A program made the translations under genes and the position numbers. Positions 25,896 to 38,119 of a stretch of 64,000 nucleotides of DNA are shown here, one piece after another (the first letter of the stretch is position 1; each line of letters opens with the position of its first letter). The DNA is from Ginglymostoma cirratum (taxonomy: Eukaryota), in NCBI GenBank assembly GCA_024137785.1, contig JAHRHZ010000107.1, positions 248,001-312,000 of the forward strand, written 5' to 3'. The notes below the pieces were generated by a model. That model saw only the letters and a program-made list of their open reading frames with translations. It did not search any database and was not told the origin of the DNA.

Positions 25896-26889
25896 CACAT
25901 TGTCAATTTCAGTGGAATATCTTGAAATGGCAAAAAAGACAGAGAGACTAAAGATTTATTGGTGGTATTATCAATTATTATGCAATCTGTGGCTACCTTG
26001 TCTCCAATTTTAAGGCAAGCCTCATGTTGGCTACTTTCAACGATTTATCAGTTTTCAAAAACAACTTCATTTCATGCAATCACTGAGTACTGCAAATAGC
26101 CCAAAAGCTCTTGAAGAGACGCCTTAAGAGACAGACAATGATATCAACCGACAAAATCAGAGTTCAGTTAATACTTTACAATAATTATTGGCTATACATT
26201 CATTCAAACATCGTCGGAATTTATGTCAACAGGCCTAAGTGATCGTCAATTAACATGTCCTGCGGACAAAATCATTATTTTGCTGAAATGGCTTACAGCC
26301 TGTCATGAGGAATAATTGTACACGTGATATAAATTGAGATTCCAATAACACTGCGGTATTAATGCCCTGCAGAACCCAAGAACAACGGTCCAAAACAAAT
26401 GAATATGGAACATTACTTCCAACAGCCTGAAAACCACGTAAATAGATTCAAGGAGCAGTGAGTATGAATTCACCATACAATGTCCCTGATTAGTGGTCGG
26501 TTTTCATTTTTGCCGGTTTCACAAATCTGCTTCTTTCCAATGACAGAAGAAAAAATAAAACCTGCCAGAAAATTGATGCATTCATTCCCCTTCTTAACCA
26601 TTCTCCTTATTATCTGTAACTGTATACCATTCAATATTTGGGCAACTAACTTATCCAAGTCTGAGTAAACTGCATTTTTGCAACTTTTAGTGATTTTCCT
26701 GCGTGTTTCCTCCTCGTCTTTTTCTCATTCATTATTAAGAGACCTGCAGAATTGTTTGCAGTAGAGTAGGTTCCATATTTTCCCGTCAAGATAATTCGTT
26801 ATTTCCAAATGTAAAAACATGTTTCTAATCAACAATGACATTCAGCTTCTTTTTCAGTTTCTGAGCACCGTATAAGCTTGTGTGTTGAA

Positions 26890-27130
26890 CGAGTAGTCTT
26901 CACCATCCTTAAGCCGAATAGTCTGTCTAACTGTTCTTCTCTCTCTTTGGGTTATCCCAGCTATTGTTTACTCCTTATCCCTCCCGTCACCTTATTTTCT
27001 GCGTATAAACTGACATTTTCCTTAGCTACTATCAAGTCTAAGGAAGGGTCACTGGACCCGAAGCATTAACTCTGATTTTTCTTCTCAGATGCTACCAGAC
27101 CTATGAGCTTTTCCAGCAGCTTCTGTTTTT
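26890..27130 (+). mobile_element. Penelope-like element 3' terminus with degenerate hammerhead motif
   Basis: ctaagga agggtc actg gaccc gaag cattaact at 27038-27071, followed by cagatgctaccagacctatgagcttttccagc. Confidence 0.7.
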
Positions 27131-27139
27131 ATTCATTAT

Positions 27140-28510
27140 CAGTAAAGATAGTGTTGGGCAAGCTAATGCTGCTGAAGGTATACAAATATCCTGGCCCTGA
27201 TGAAATGCATGCCAAGGTTAAAAAAGAGATGGCGGGTGAAATAGCAAAATCACTTATGGTAATTGACCAAAATTCGCCGGACTCTTGGGCCGTTCTGGCA
27301 TATTGGAAAACAGCAAACATAATGCCATTGTTTAAGAAGGGAAGTAGACAGTGGTGGTAGGTGAATAACATTAGGCCAATTAGCTTAATGTCCGTAGCAG
27401 GGAAAATGCTTGAATCCAAACTCAAGAATGAAATAATGCAACACTTGGAATAGGAGTTGTCCCATCAGGTAGATGCACCATGGGTTCATGAAAGGCATCT
27501 CATATGTAACTAAGTTACTGGAATTCTTTCAGCATATTATAAGCATGGTAGACAACGGGAAACTGGTGGATGTGGTGTATCTGGATTTCCTGAAGGCAGT
27601 CGACAAGGTGTCGCACAAAACACTGCTGCAGAAGATAAAGGTACACAGTGTTACAGGTAATGTATTAGGATGGATAAAAGATTGGTTAATTAACAGAAAG
27701 CAAAGAGTTGGAATAAAAGGGTGTTTATCTGCTTGACGATCAGTGTCCTGTGGTGTGATTCAGGGATCAGTGTTGGACTGCAATTGTTTACAATTTACAC
27801 AGATAATTTAGAGTTGAGGGCCAAGTGTACTGCTTCAAAATGCGCAAAAGACACTAAAATGAGAGGCAGAGCAAAGTGTGCAGAGGGCACTGAAAGTCTG
27901 CAGAGGGATATAGATCGGTTTGATGAGCGGGCAATGGTGTGGCAGGTAGAATACAATGTTGGGTAATATCAGGTTATTCATCTTGGTGGGGATAATAACC
28001 AAATGGGCTGTTGTTTAAATGGTGAAAAACAGCAGAATTCTGCTGTGCAATCGGACCTGGACATCCTTATATATGTATCACAAAAAGATGGTTTTCAGGT
28101 GCAGCCAGTAATTAAGAAGACAAATGCAATATTGTCCTTCATTGATAGGGGGATAGAGTTTCAAAATAGGGGTGTTATGCTGCAGCTGCATAGGGTGCTG
28201 ATGCCGCCACACCTGGGGTACTGTGTACAGTTTTGGCCTCTTGAGAAAGGATGTACTGACACCGGACGGAGTGCAGAGGAGGTTCACGAGGTTGATTCTG
28301 GAATTGAGGGGCTTGGCTTATTGGGAGATATTGAGTGGACTGGGACAATACTCATTGGAATTTAAAAGAATGAGTGGGCATCTTATAGAATCATATAAAA
28401 TTATGAAGATGATAGATTAGCTAGAAGCAGAGAGATTATTTGGTGGGTGAAACTAGAACTGGGAGGCATAGCCTGAAAATAAGGAGAAGCAGGTTTAGAA
28501 TTGAGTTCTA
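27140..28510 (+). mobile_element. CR1 LINE RT region, frameshifted
   Basis: YPGPDEMH, WKTANIMPLFKKG, HGFMKG..TKLLEFF, VDVVYLDFLKAVDKV. Confidence 0.9.
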
Positions 28511-29658
28511 GTTCCACACGCCATTATCCCTTCTTGTATAGCCCTTCCTTTTTACTGCTACATACTTTTGCTGAGCACTGTGAAAAATCGCTTTCAAACC
28601 CTCCACTGTTCCTCAATTGTCCCAAAATATAGTCTTTGCTCCAAGTCTGCCTTAGCTAACTTCTCCCTCATCCCACTGTAGTCTTCTTTATTTAAGCACA
28701 AGATACTGGTACCAGATTTTACCTTCTCACTCTCCATCTGTATTTTACATTCAACCATACTATGATTGCTCCTTTCGAGATGGTCCCTAACTATGAGACC
28801 ATCAATTTTTCCTGTCTCATTACACAGGACCAGATCTAGAATAGTTTGCTCCATAGTGGGCTCCATGACATAATATTCGAGGAAACTATCATGGATATAT
28901 TCAATGAACTCCTCCTCAAGTCTGCCTTGACCGATTCGGTTTAACCAATCAATTTGTAGATTAAAATCCCCATGATAATTGCCCTACCGTTTTTACACGT
29001 GTCAATTATTTATTTGTTTATTGCCCATCCACTGTGATGTTATTATTTTGTCGCCTATAAACTACGCCTCACAAAGAATTTTTCCACTTACTATTTGTAA
29101 TTAATAAGTATATTGATTCTTTTTTATCCATAGAGTCTTTACCATCTCGCACTACCACTCTGATGTTATCCTTAAGTGTCAGAGCTACAATGCCTCCCTT
29201 TGCTTCCTGTCTGTCCTTCCGAATAATCTGATACCTCTGCATATTTAAATCCCAGTTGTGAACACGCTGCCACCATGTCTCTGTAATAGCCACTAAATTA
29301 TACCTGCTCTGGATGATTTGTGCCTTCAACTCATTTCCTTTGTTTCGAATGCTGACAACGTTCATGTGAAGTGCCTTTATATTAGTTTTTATACCTTCTT
29401 TTTGAATTCTAATACTTCCACCAGGAGAACTTGTTTTTTAAATATTCTCACATTTTCTGTCACTACCTTATTTCCACCCATCTTAATTCTACACTGCTCA
29501 GTTGCTTCTTACTTTTTATTTACTGGATTGATTCTCTTTTTCCTTAAGCCTTCACCCACTCTCGCTAACTCAGAGATCCTCCTTAGATTCTCATTCCCCT
29601 GCCAAACTAGTTTGAAATTCACCCACCAGAGCTAGTAAAACAACCCGCAAAAATATTG

Positions 29659-29899
29659 CATAAAAACCGAAAGAACTGCGGGTGCTGTAAATCAGGAACA
29701 AAAACAAAGTTGCTGGAAAAGCTCAGCAGGTCTGGCAGCATCTGTGAAGGAGAAAACAGAGTTAACGTCTTGGGTCCGGTGACCCTTCCTCCGACCCTTC
29801 CTGAGGTCACCAGAACAGAAACGTTAATTCTCTTTTCTCCTTCACAGATGCTGCCAGGCCAGACCTGCTGAGCTTTTCCAGAAACTTTGTTTTTATTCT
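29659..29899. mobile_element. Short palindromic Penelope-derived insertion (two inverted termini with hammerhead-like motifs), 12-bp TSD
   Basis: Arms ~29695-29790 and ~29805-29899 are reverse complements; gcaaaaatattg at 29647-29658 and 29900-29911. Confidence 0.85.
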
Positions 29900-30221
29900 G
29901 CAAAAATATTGGTCTCGTCACTGTTTGGGTGATGTATTGGCATCCAAGAACCCCCACAAGTTACAGGTGAAGCGTCCCTCTTACATAGGTCCCAGCTTCA
30001 TTATAAATAGTCCCAGTTATTCCGTTTTCCAAAGGTCAACCTCTTACACCACTCCCCTAGTCATGTATTAAACTGCTGAATCTGCCAATGCCCAGCATCA
30101 CTAGCACGTGGCACAGGTAGTAATCTGGAGATTTATGGTCCTGGCTTTCAGTCTGGTTCCTAACTCCCTAAACTCAGCCTTCAGGACCTCATCCCTCTTC
30201 CAACCTATGTCGTTGGTACCA

Positions 30222-30510
30222 TAAGACCATAAGACCATAAGACATAGGAGTGGAAGTAAGGCCATTCGGCCCATCGAGTCCACTCCACCATTTAATCACG
30301 GCTGATGGGCATTTCAACTCTACTTACCCGCACTCTCCCCGTAGCCCTTGATTCCTTGCGAGATCAAGAATTTATCAATCTCTGCCTTGAAGACATTTAA
30401 CGCCCTGGCCTCCACTGCCCTCTGTGGCAATGAATTCCACAGGCCCACCACTCTCTGGCTGAAGAAATGTCTCCTCATTTCCGTTCTAAATTGACCCCCT
30501 CTAATTCTAA
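30222..30510 (-). mobile_element. Young short CR1 3' end nested in older CR1
   Basis: (ataagacc)n tail; FFSQRVVGLWNSLP; TSD gtacca at 30216-30221 / 30511-30516. Confidence 0.9.
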
Positions 30511-31299
30511 GTACCAACGTGTAACATAAACTCTGTTTGGTTTCCTTTCCCCTTCCTCTCAAAAAATGCCCTGAAGTCTCTCTGTAACCTTCAGGACCCT
30601 TGCATCAGGGAGGCACAACATCATCCTGTTGTCATTAGATCGGCTGCAGAGGCTTCTCTCTGCTCCCTAAACGATTGAGTCTCCTATCACTACAGTTCTA
30701 ACCACCTTTTTCTCCCCGTTCTGTGCATCTGAGTGACCCGCGGTTCTGCCAGTTTTGCTTTGGTTTCAATTCACTACGGCATTATAACCATCGCCAGAAC
30801 TCAGCAGAGATTGCTGGTTGGCTATTGGAATGGCCATACGGGACTCTTGCACTACCTGCCTCTCCTTATGCTCGCATGCAGCGGTCACCTGTTGCCTATC
30901 CTCCTCCTTTTACACTGTGGGGTGAGCATCATCTATCTAAGTAACTTTTATTCTCCCAGCTGCTCCTTAGTGCCTCTAGACTCCGATCAAGCTCCATGAC
31001 GCGGCGTTTTGGAGATACTGACAGCACCTTCTGCACATTTGTTGCTCATTGATGCATCCTAGAATCTCCACATGTTACAGGTTAAACATTCCCCTTGAAG
31101 AAGTTACCCTGTTACCTCTTTAATTAATCCAAAACTTCCCACTAGAAAAATGAAATCTAATTCTCGCTAACATATACTATCAGTCATCTCATAAGTATAG
31201 TAATTTCAACAGGTTATTTGGGTAAACAATGCGAGAGTCATTCTCTTCATTTTTTTGTTCTCCGTTTCATTTTGTTATTATGAGTGATTATGAATTTAC

Positions 31300-32390
31300 A
31301 GAGTCACACAGCAAGGAAACAGACCCTTTCGTCCAAATCATCCATGCTGACCAGGTTTCATAAACTGAAATAGAGCCATTTGCCTGCGTTTGGCCCATGC
31401 CCCTCTGAACCTTTCCTATTCGTTTACCTATCCAATTGCCTGTGGCCCACCATGTCTATACTGACCAAAAAAGACCAAACTACATAAATCCCATTTAACT
31501 GCATTTTTTGATAGCTTACTATGCCCTGGCATGTCGAGTACTCAACCAGATTATCTTAAATGTTAAAGGAATGTCTCCACCACTTTCCCAGGAAGTACAT
31601 TCCATATTTCTATTATCTTCTAGGTGGCAAATCTTTTCCTCAGACCCCACCCAAGCCAACTTCTCCTCACCTTACATTTATGCCATCTGGTCTTAGACAT
31701 ATCTGCCATGTGGGAGATAAAATCTCACAATATTCTCTGCTTATGCCTCTCACAATTTTGTGCAGCTCAACCATATCTCCACCAATCCCTCAGTCCCCTC
31801 TGCTTCAGGGTAAACAGATTCGGCCTATCCAGTCTCTCCTCATAACTTTTCACCTCAGGCAACATCCTGGCGAATCTCTTCAGCACCCTCTCCAGTCTAA
31901 TCATTGTCAGTCCAGTACTCTGATAACCAGAACTATACACAAGATTCTATTAGTGTTCCAAACATTTTTTTCTACAGTTGAAACAAGACCCTTACTCCTA
32001 TATTCCAAGCCTTGCCTAGCGAAGGCAAGCATGCCGTATGCCTTTTTCACCTTTCTGTCTAACCGTACTTACACATTCAGGGACGTATAGACTTAGACAT
32101 CAAGGTCCCTCTGTTCCTCATACGACATAAGGGCTTAGCATTCGTCGTATATAACCTTCCCTTATTAGATCTCCCAAAATGCATCACCTCACATTCATCG
32201 GAAATAAGCTCCATCTACCATTGTTCGACTCAATTTACCAGCTGATCAATATCAGATTGAGACCATTCTGCTCACTACCAACAATACCACGAATTTTCAG
32301 TCATCTGAGAATGTGTTAATCAGACCTTCAATGTTCGCATTCAATTCGTTAAAGTATATAGCAAACAGTAAGGGTCTTAGCATCAATACA
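31300..32390 (-). mobile_element. CR1 LINE fragments
   Basis: CR1 3' tails at ~31300-31520 and RT remnants (KKAYGMLAF, CEVMHFG-like) on the - strand. Confidence 0.75.
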
Positions 32391-33460
32391 ACATCCTCAT
32401 GCAGAGCATCGTAAATAAAAAGGTCATTGACACCCCTCAGGGAAAGTCACTGAGCATACTGCAGCCCACAGGAACTTCAGAAACGGCACCATCACCTGGG
32501 TATTTCAGGCTCAGATAGTCATCACACTGTACCACTCTGGTTTATCACTAATTATAAACGGACTGCGACTGAAACATGAACTATTCCTCACCTTGTAGCA
32601 AAACCAAATTCTCCTGGTTCACTTCCAATGTTCGTAATATGCATTACAGCCTAAAATATCAAACATTTCATAAGCTTTCAGACAACTTGCAATTTCCCTT
32701 ACGCTCCATAATTTCGTCTACAAACTTAAATGACCCAGGACCAGGAAGTGATACTCACATTTCTCATGATAATTGGTGGACTATCAGGTTCCGTCAGGGC
32801 AAGAAAATTTACTGGTTCTATTTATGTGTACGGGGAGGTCACTCAGATATCCAAGCTACTGAAACACCATCGCCTTCACAAGTGATTGATGACAAATTTA
32901 GTTTTTAATTGCTGATGTTCATCACCTTGCAAATCAATGAATCAAATTGCATTTGGCAATGCATTTCTTTACTTGTTTTTATTACTTTAGATGTTAAATG
33001 ATGTAATTCATAGATACCAATCAGAGCAAATTTGGAAGAATCAATGTTTAAAGATCTTACTTACAATGCTGTAAAATAGGTTGAACACCACGATCTCCGT
33101 AAAATAATTGAGAAAAAAGTACAATGATTGCAACAGTGCATTTTGCTCTGGTGACCGTGGGGATTTGCTCGCACACACTTATCATACCCTGTAGTACATA
33201 CCGTGTCCAGCAGATGGGGTTGATTTCCTTTCAAAGCCTAAATTGTGGCTGCGTCGGACTGTCTGAACAAATTGTCAGCGCAAGAACATCAATATCTTAG
33301 TGTTCTCCTTCCCAGCACCCCCTCCAGCCTAATACCGTTATTTGTATCTATTCACTCCCTGGAAGTTCATTAGCTAACACTGAACATCTTGTACCTCACT
33401 TGAGCATCACAAACTCTACCTTTTCTCTTGGAAGAACTTTGAAAGAATGCTGATGATTCA

Positions 33461-33697
33461 GAACATGTCAGTCGGGAATCCTGAGTGTGATTCATGCCAA
33501 ATTCTTGCTTTTTAGTCTGCGGCCTTGCAAGCCAAAACACAAGGGCTCTCTCAGAAACTGCTTCCTCCCACAAACCGTCCAGGATACGTGCACATATTTG
33601 AAACACTTAAAATGTGGTGTCCCAAAATGACAGGGAAATACTTTTCCAGAAAAAGGCTCCTCAACCAGGGTAAATTTGGCAATGGGTCTCTGTTCAA
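33461..33697. repeat. 237-bp local duplication, copy 1 (copy 2 at 34859-35095)
   Basis: Only 4 mismatches by eye between the copies. Confidence 0.95.
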
Positions 33698-34858
33698 TGG
33701 AGGCAATTCCATTGCCATCCAAGTGTCATGAGTCCACATCACCAATGCTGTTGAATGTAACGATTTGCATTTATCCGAAATAGCGTTCACCTCTGAAGAA
33801 ACCGATTCTGAAGAAATACTTAGGTGTCACCTTTATTTCATGCATCAACCCAGTCTGAAACAAACTGCTCCAAAATCAGCATGATCGAGACAATCACCCT
33901 CACCTTCCACCTTTGGTCCATGATAAATAGTATTGCTCGTGTACCAGACTGAGTCACACTGACCTGCACACCCCCATCCCCACTACTTGATGCCAGTCTT
34001 GATCTCAAACACAATTGAAAACCTCATCAGTCCCATGTCAGACTGAACCGTCTTCTCTAAATTCAATACAAATTGTCGCAGATTGAACAACATGGCCCAG
34101 CTTAGCGTTACAAATTCCTGAATGACTGTCCCAGACATAACCTACACTGCCTGGCCTCTCGAGGTCTACATACAGGCTGAATTTCAGACTCCAGCTTATT
34201 TCCTCCCTGTCCCAGACTTAGACAGTCTGGAGTCATCTTCTGTTGAACCTCTCATAATATGTTTAAAAATATTCCACCAGGTACCTCCAATAGTTTCCTA
34301 CCTGTATGCCAAATTTGAATATCATAAACGCCCTTCTGTATCCAAAGTCGTATAAAGCACATTTATACCATTCACCAGTAAACATGTGGTTCTCATCGTG
34401 ATGCACTTCAACTTTGAAATGTTATTTGTGGTGGTTAATCCCCTTCATTTCTTTCCCCATTCATGTTTTTCTATGGAAACTTTCACAAACCAAGTCTTCA
34501 GAACATCCAATTTTCCATCTCTTGGAATTCAGTCTACTGTGTCTCCGATATCTTAGAACAGTTGCACCTGAACATATCTTTTCGCTTGCCCTCGAGTTAA
34601 TATTTGCATAATCTGCATGACATTGATCTTACTTCCCAATATGCCTCAAGTATATAAAGACATTTCTATCAATTACTAGTGTTTGGGAGAGATTACAGTT
34701 CATTTTTTTTCTGCAGTGAATACAGACGCTGTAAATTCTCTGTGTCGGCTTCTCAGGTGGTGAACAACGCACTGCTGCCCACAGCAAGTGTGTAAAAAGG
34801 GGAAATTGCTGGATGTAATGCTATGCGTTGATTGCTTCATGCGCATCCAATAAGGAAG

Positions 34859-35095
34859 GAACATGTCAGTCGGGAATCCTGAGTGTGATTCATGCCAAAT
34901 TCTTGCTTTTTAGTCTGCGGCCTTGCAAGCCAAAACACAAGGGCTCTCTCAGAAACTGCTTCCTCCCACAAACCGTCCAGGATACGCGCACATATTTGAA
35001 ACACTTAAAACGTGGTGTCCCAAAATGACGGGGAAATACTTTTCCAGAAAAAGGCTCCTCAACCAGGATAAATTTGGCAATGGGTCTCTGTTCAA
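34859..35095. repeat. 237-bp local duplication, copy 2
   Basis: Near-identical to 33461-33697, offset 1398 bp. Confidence 0.95.
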
Positions 35096-38000
35096 ACTTC
35101 AGCAGAAAATGATAGGAGAATGACTTTGACTCATGAGATTTCATTCTGAAGTACAGATAAGGAACAGTATGGTGAATGAATTATCTACAGGTGTGCCGTC
35201 TTGCTGATATGAATGTGCAGCTCTTTAATGACAGGATCTTGTGTCACAAACATTGCGTCCCTACCTCTGAGCCAGGAGGTCAGGGTTCAAGTCTAACATG
35301 TTACAGAGATATATAATAAAATCTCTGAACAGTGCAAATGCTCCTAACTCTAGGCAGTGGAGGCCTGAGTTCAAGCTCCAGCTGTTCCAGAGGTGTGAAC
35401 ATCTCTGAACACAACTTTTCAAAAAAAGCTGAATTTGTTGATGCGGGAATAAAAAAAGCCATTCAGCTGTCATGCAAAGGGTGGTGTGTGTATGGAATGA
35501 GCTGCCAGAGGAAGTGGTAGAGCAAGTAGAATTAAAACATTTACAAACCATCTGGATGGATAGATGAATAAGTAAAAGTTTAGACATATGCTGGTGATTG
35601 AAACTAAGTCACATTGGGATGTTTGGTCGATGCACGTGGGCGAGTTGTTATGAAGGGTCTGTTTACTTTTGTATAACTCTATGACTCTTTGTGTGTGAGA
35701 GCACTTCTAATTTATATTTAAAAATGTGAAGAGGGATTTGATGATGGGGAATGAAACTCTCAGTTGCATGTAAGAGTACTTCCAGACATAGATTTTTTAA
35801 AAAGACAAAGAGATTTTTAAAAAGATAATGCAAAGAGAAAAGACAAGGAGAAATTCTTCAGACGTGTAGAAGAGAATATTGTTAATTGGACCGTTACCAG
35901 TCTAAACTAGAAAGACGCAGGGATGAATCCATTGCTGGGATATTAAGTGGAAAGGAGTGAGAATTTTTCACTTGGATATTCCTATGGAAATATTGATCTT
36001 ATAATTGTAGCGTTTAAAATATTTATTGGAAAGGAAAAATTAATTCAAAAGTGATCAATACTGAACTTGTAGAATGATAGCTTCAGAGTGTTGAAAAATG
36101 TTCTGAACTATACATGCAGAGCAATGAAAACATACTGCACGGACGGAAGGCATACTTGTGCATCGAGGAATGCAAGGCTATTCATGGAAAGAACTCATTG
36201 GTTTGATAATTCCGAGACTAAAATAACACAGAAAGGAAGTTTTATGCTCTGCTTCAGAGTTATTAATCTGTAGGCAACATATAAAATGCAGGCTGGAGGT
36301 GTATGGAAATTAAAGTAGTTAAAGCAAGCAATGAGTCAAATAATTACTGAATGATATTAAAAAATGCACATTACGTTTCAAACGTAGGCTGTTAAATGAG
36401 AAGCATCAAATGATCGGGGACTGAAAGCGTGATTTTGAAATTCATGCTGAAGTCACAGTATGGACTGCTGCCATTTAATTTTTTTTTTTTTGCCTATCTG
36501 GAAAAGCATACTTCACAGGCATTCATTCAAAAGCACTTATCATAAATTCTAGTAGCGATCTAAATTGATCACTAAGTTTCAATTAATCATTTTGATCATT
36601 CTTCCTCAGCTGACAACATATAATCTTAGAACTATCTCTCTGAGTATTATCTTTTTCTGAATTCTGTTGCCCTGGTCCGAGCATCTTCCAGCCTCCTTTT
36701 TCTGCACTGAATATTTGATTTTATTTCTGTCCAAAGATGAAGTTTCAACGACATCTCTGCACAGTAATCCATTCAGACTGCTTTAGCCTCCAACTGCTGC
36801 CTCTTTCCTGGGCATAGGCAGACAAAGTAAACATATCTATGATATGCAGTGATGTCTAGGGTGTGCAAACAATTCATTCCAATGGATTTCTCTGCTTACT
36901 CCCTGACGCATGCATGAAGTACTTCCATCTTGCATCTTGAATAAATCCCAATCAACTATACATAAAATGTAAAATGTCTTCTGTATTGGAAAAATGAATG
37001 TTTGGTAATTTAAAGTCTCCACTGTCAACACGTAACTTAAAGCCAATTGCTATCTATCCAAAGAAACATGACATTTTCTTGTTAGGCAAAAAATCTAAGC
37101 CGTTCTTTCATGTCAAACAGTCCAAAAACTCAGTTGTACAATCTAACATGTACACGTCAGAATATGTCACATGCTCCACCTCATTTTACCTTAAACTAAA
37201 AACACACTCCCAAAACACAGCATATTGAAGGAGTGATCTCCTAAAGATTCAACTGTACTATCACGGTTATGGCATCTAGCTGTGGTATTATTGATAATTT
37301 TTTCATGTTTTATGCATTTGTAAGATGGTCTGCAAACTGTATCGCATGCATAACCAACTTGGAGCTTTTGAATGATATGTGCTTGCTTATATGAATTTTT
37401 GATCATCTGTTTTGAAGATATCAAGGGGTGGTGTGTCATGTTCATCTCAAAAATGATATCTTCTAACCAGACCGTTAAGAGTTAGTCATTAAGGGTTAGC
37501 CGGACATGACAATGAGCAATTGAATTGGAGCAGAAAGGTACATGTAAAACAGGCCTGATGCAAAAATAGCTTGACTTTAAGGCTCAGTGGGAACTATCTG
37601 CATGTGTGGTTTATGTTGGCCCAGCTGTATTTGTTTTTCACCGATTTTTGAGGACTCGAGAAGTATTGACATTATTATGACACAGGGATTTAACACATAT
37701 ACCGAGCTTCAAAGGACATTGGGGGCTATATCAAGGACTTTGCCCTACTCATTTTACTTTTAACCACTGGGCTGGGGTTCGTACAATCGATGGCATGAAA
37801 TCTGAGATAGAACTCCAGCGTCACCATTGTGAAGGCTCCTGACAAGGAGAAAATAGTGCAATACTCGTATGTACATTAAGCTAACAGACTCACTCATTAC
37901 TTTGCATATGCCTATGATATATAATAAGTGGATTACGTCAATAAATTTGCTTCAGACTTAAGGGCATGTATCTTCTTTTAAACGTTTTGATCACAACTTA

Positions 38001-38119
38001 AAGAACCCGTTAGGCGTTTTTAGCCTAATAATACTCTATTTTCTACCTCTGAAGGCAGGAGGTTCTCCACTATTGATTATGTTTAATGGTCAAATGAGCT
38101 ATTTTATTGTCTCTTGAGA

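Larger units (their letters stand above)
17350..26413 (-). pseudogene. Decayed LRR-membrane protein (TLR-like?) gene, split by the Gypsy element (pieces ~26413-25900 and ~18897-17350)
   Basis: Manual translation: acceptor then MFHIHLFWTVVLGFCRA (signal-peptide-like); LRR-like NLTALTS/LNINS, GLKNDLFD..SLNATNEANTGI, TLKLKANKCLKSIDDNTIF, QELILSIKLIERL; hydrophobic VGVL*CYAIAGAVVSLL*FCLL. Many stops and frameshifts. Confidence 0.35.
28515..31100 (-). mobile_element. CR1 LINE 5' portion (esterase ORF1 and APE endonuclease), with nested insertions
   Basis: NVVSIRNK...VAITETW (APE), ILDLVLCNE...SNHSMV, GTNDIG...EFRELGTRLKART (ORF1). Confidence 0.85.
32600..37450 (-). pseudogene. Decayed TLR-like gene remnant (LRR-TM-TIR order)
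   Basis: Manual translation: VESLGDHSFNML (~37240), HLDGNGIASIEQRP..FTLVEE (~33720), CTVAIIVLFSQLFY (~33140), QFDSLIC (TIR box1-like, ~32945), KTKFVINHL*RRWC..SLDI*VTS (TIR-like, ~32900). Confidence 0.35.

Noticed and set aside
29656-29957. Overlapping ORFs on both strands with similar peptides (GSICEGE.R.NV, LFSPSQMLP)
   Set aside because: Artefact of the inverted repeat; no coding evidence.
30221-30245. Short periodic repeats (ataagacc)n, also (gttctat)n at ~60051 and (aagaaca)n at ~15602, as CRISPR-like arrays
   Set aside because: No spacers; these are CR1 3' microsatellite tails in a vertebrate genome.
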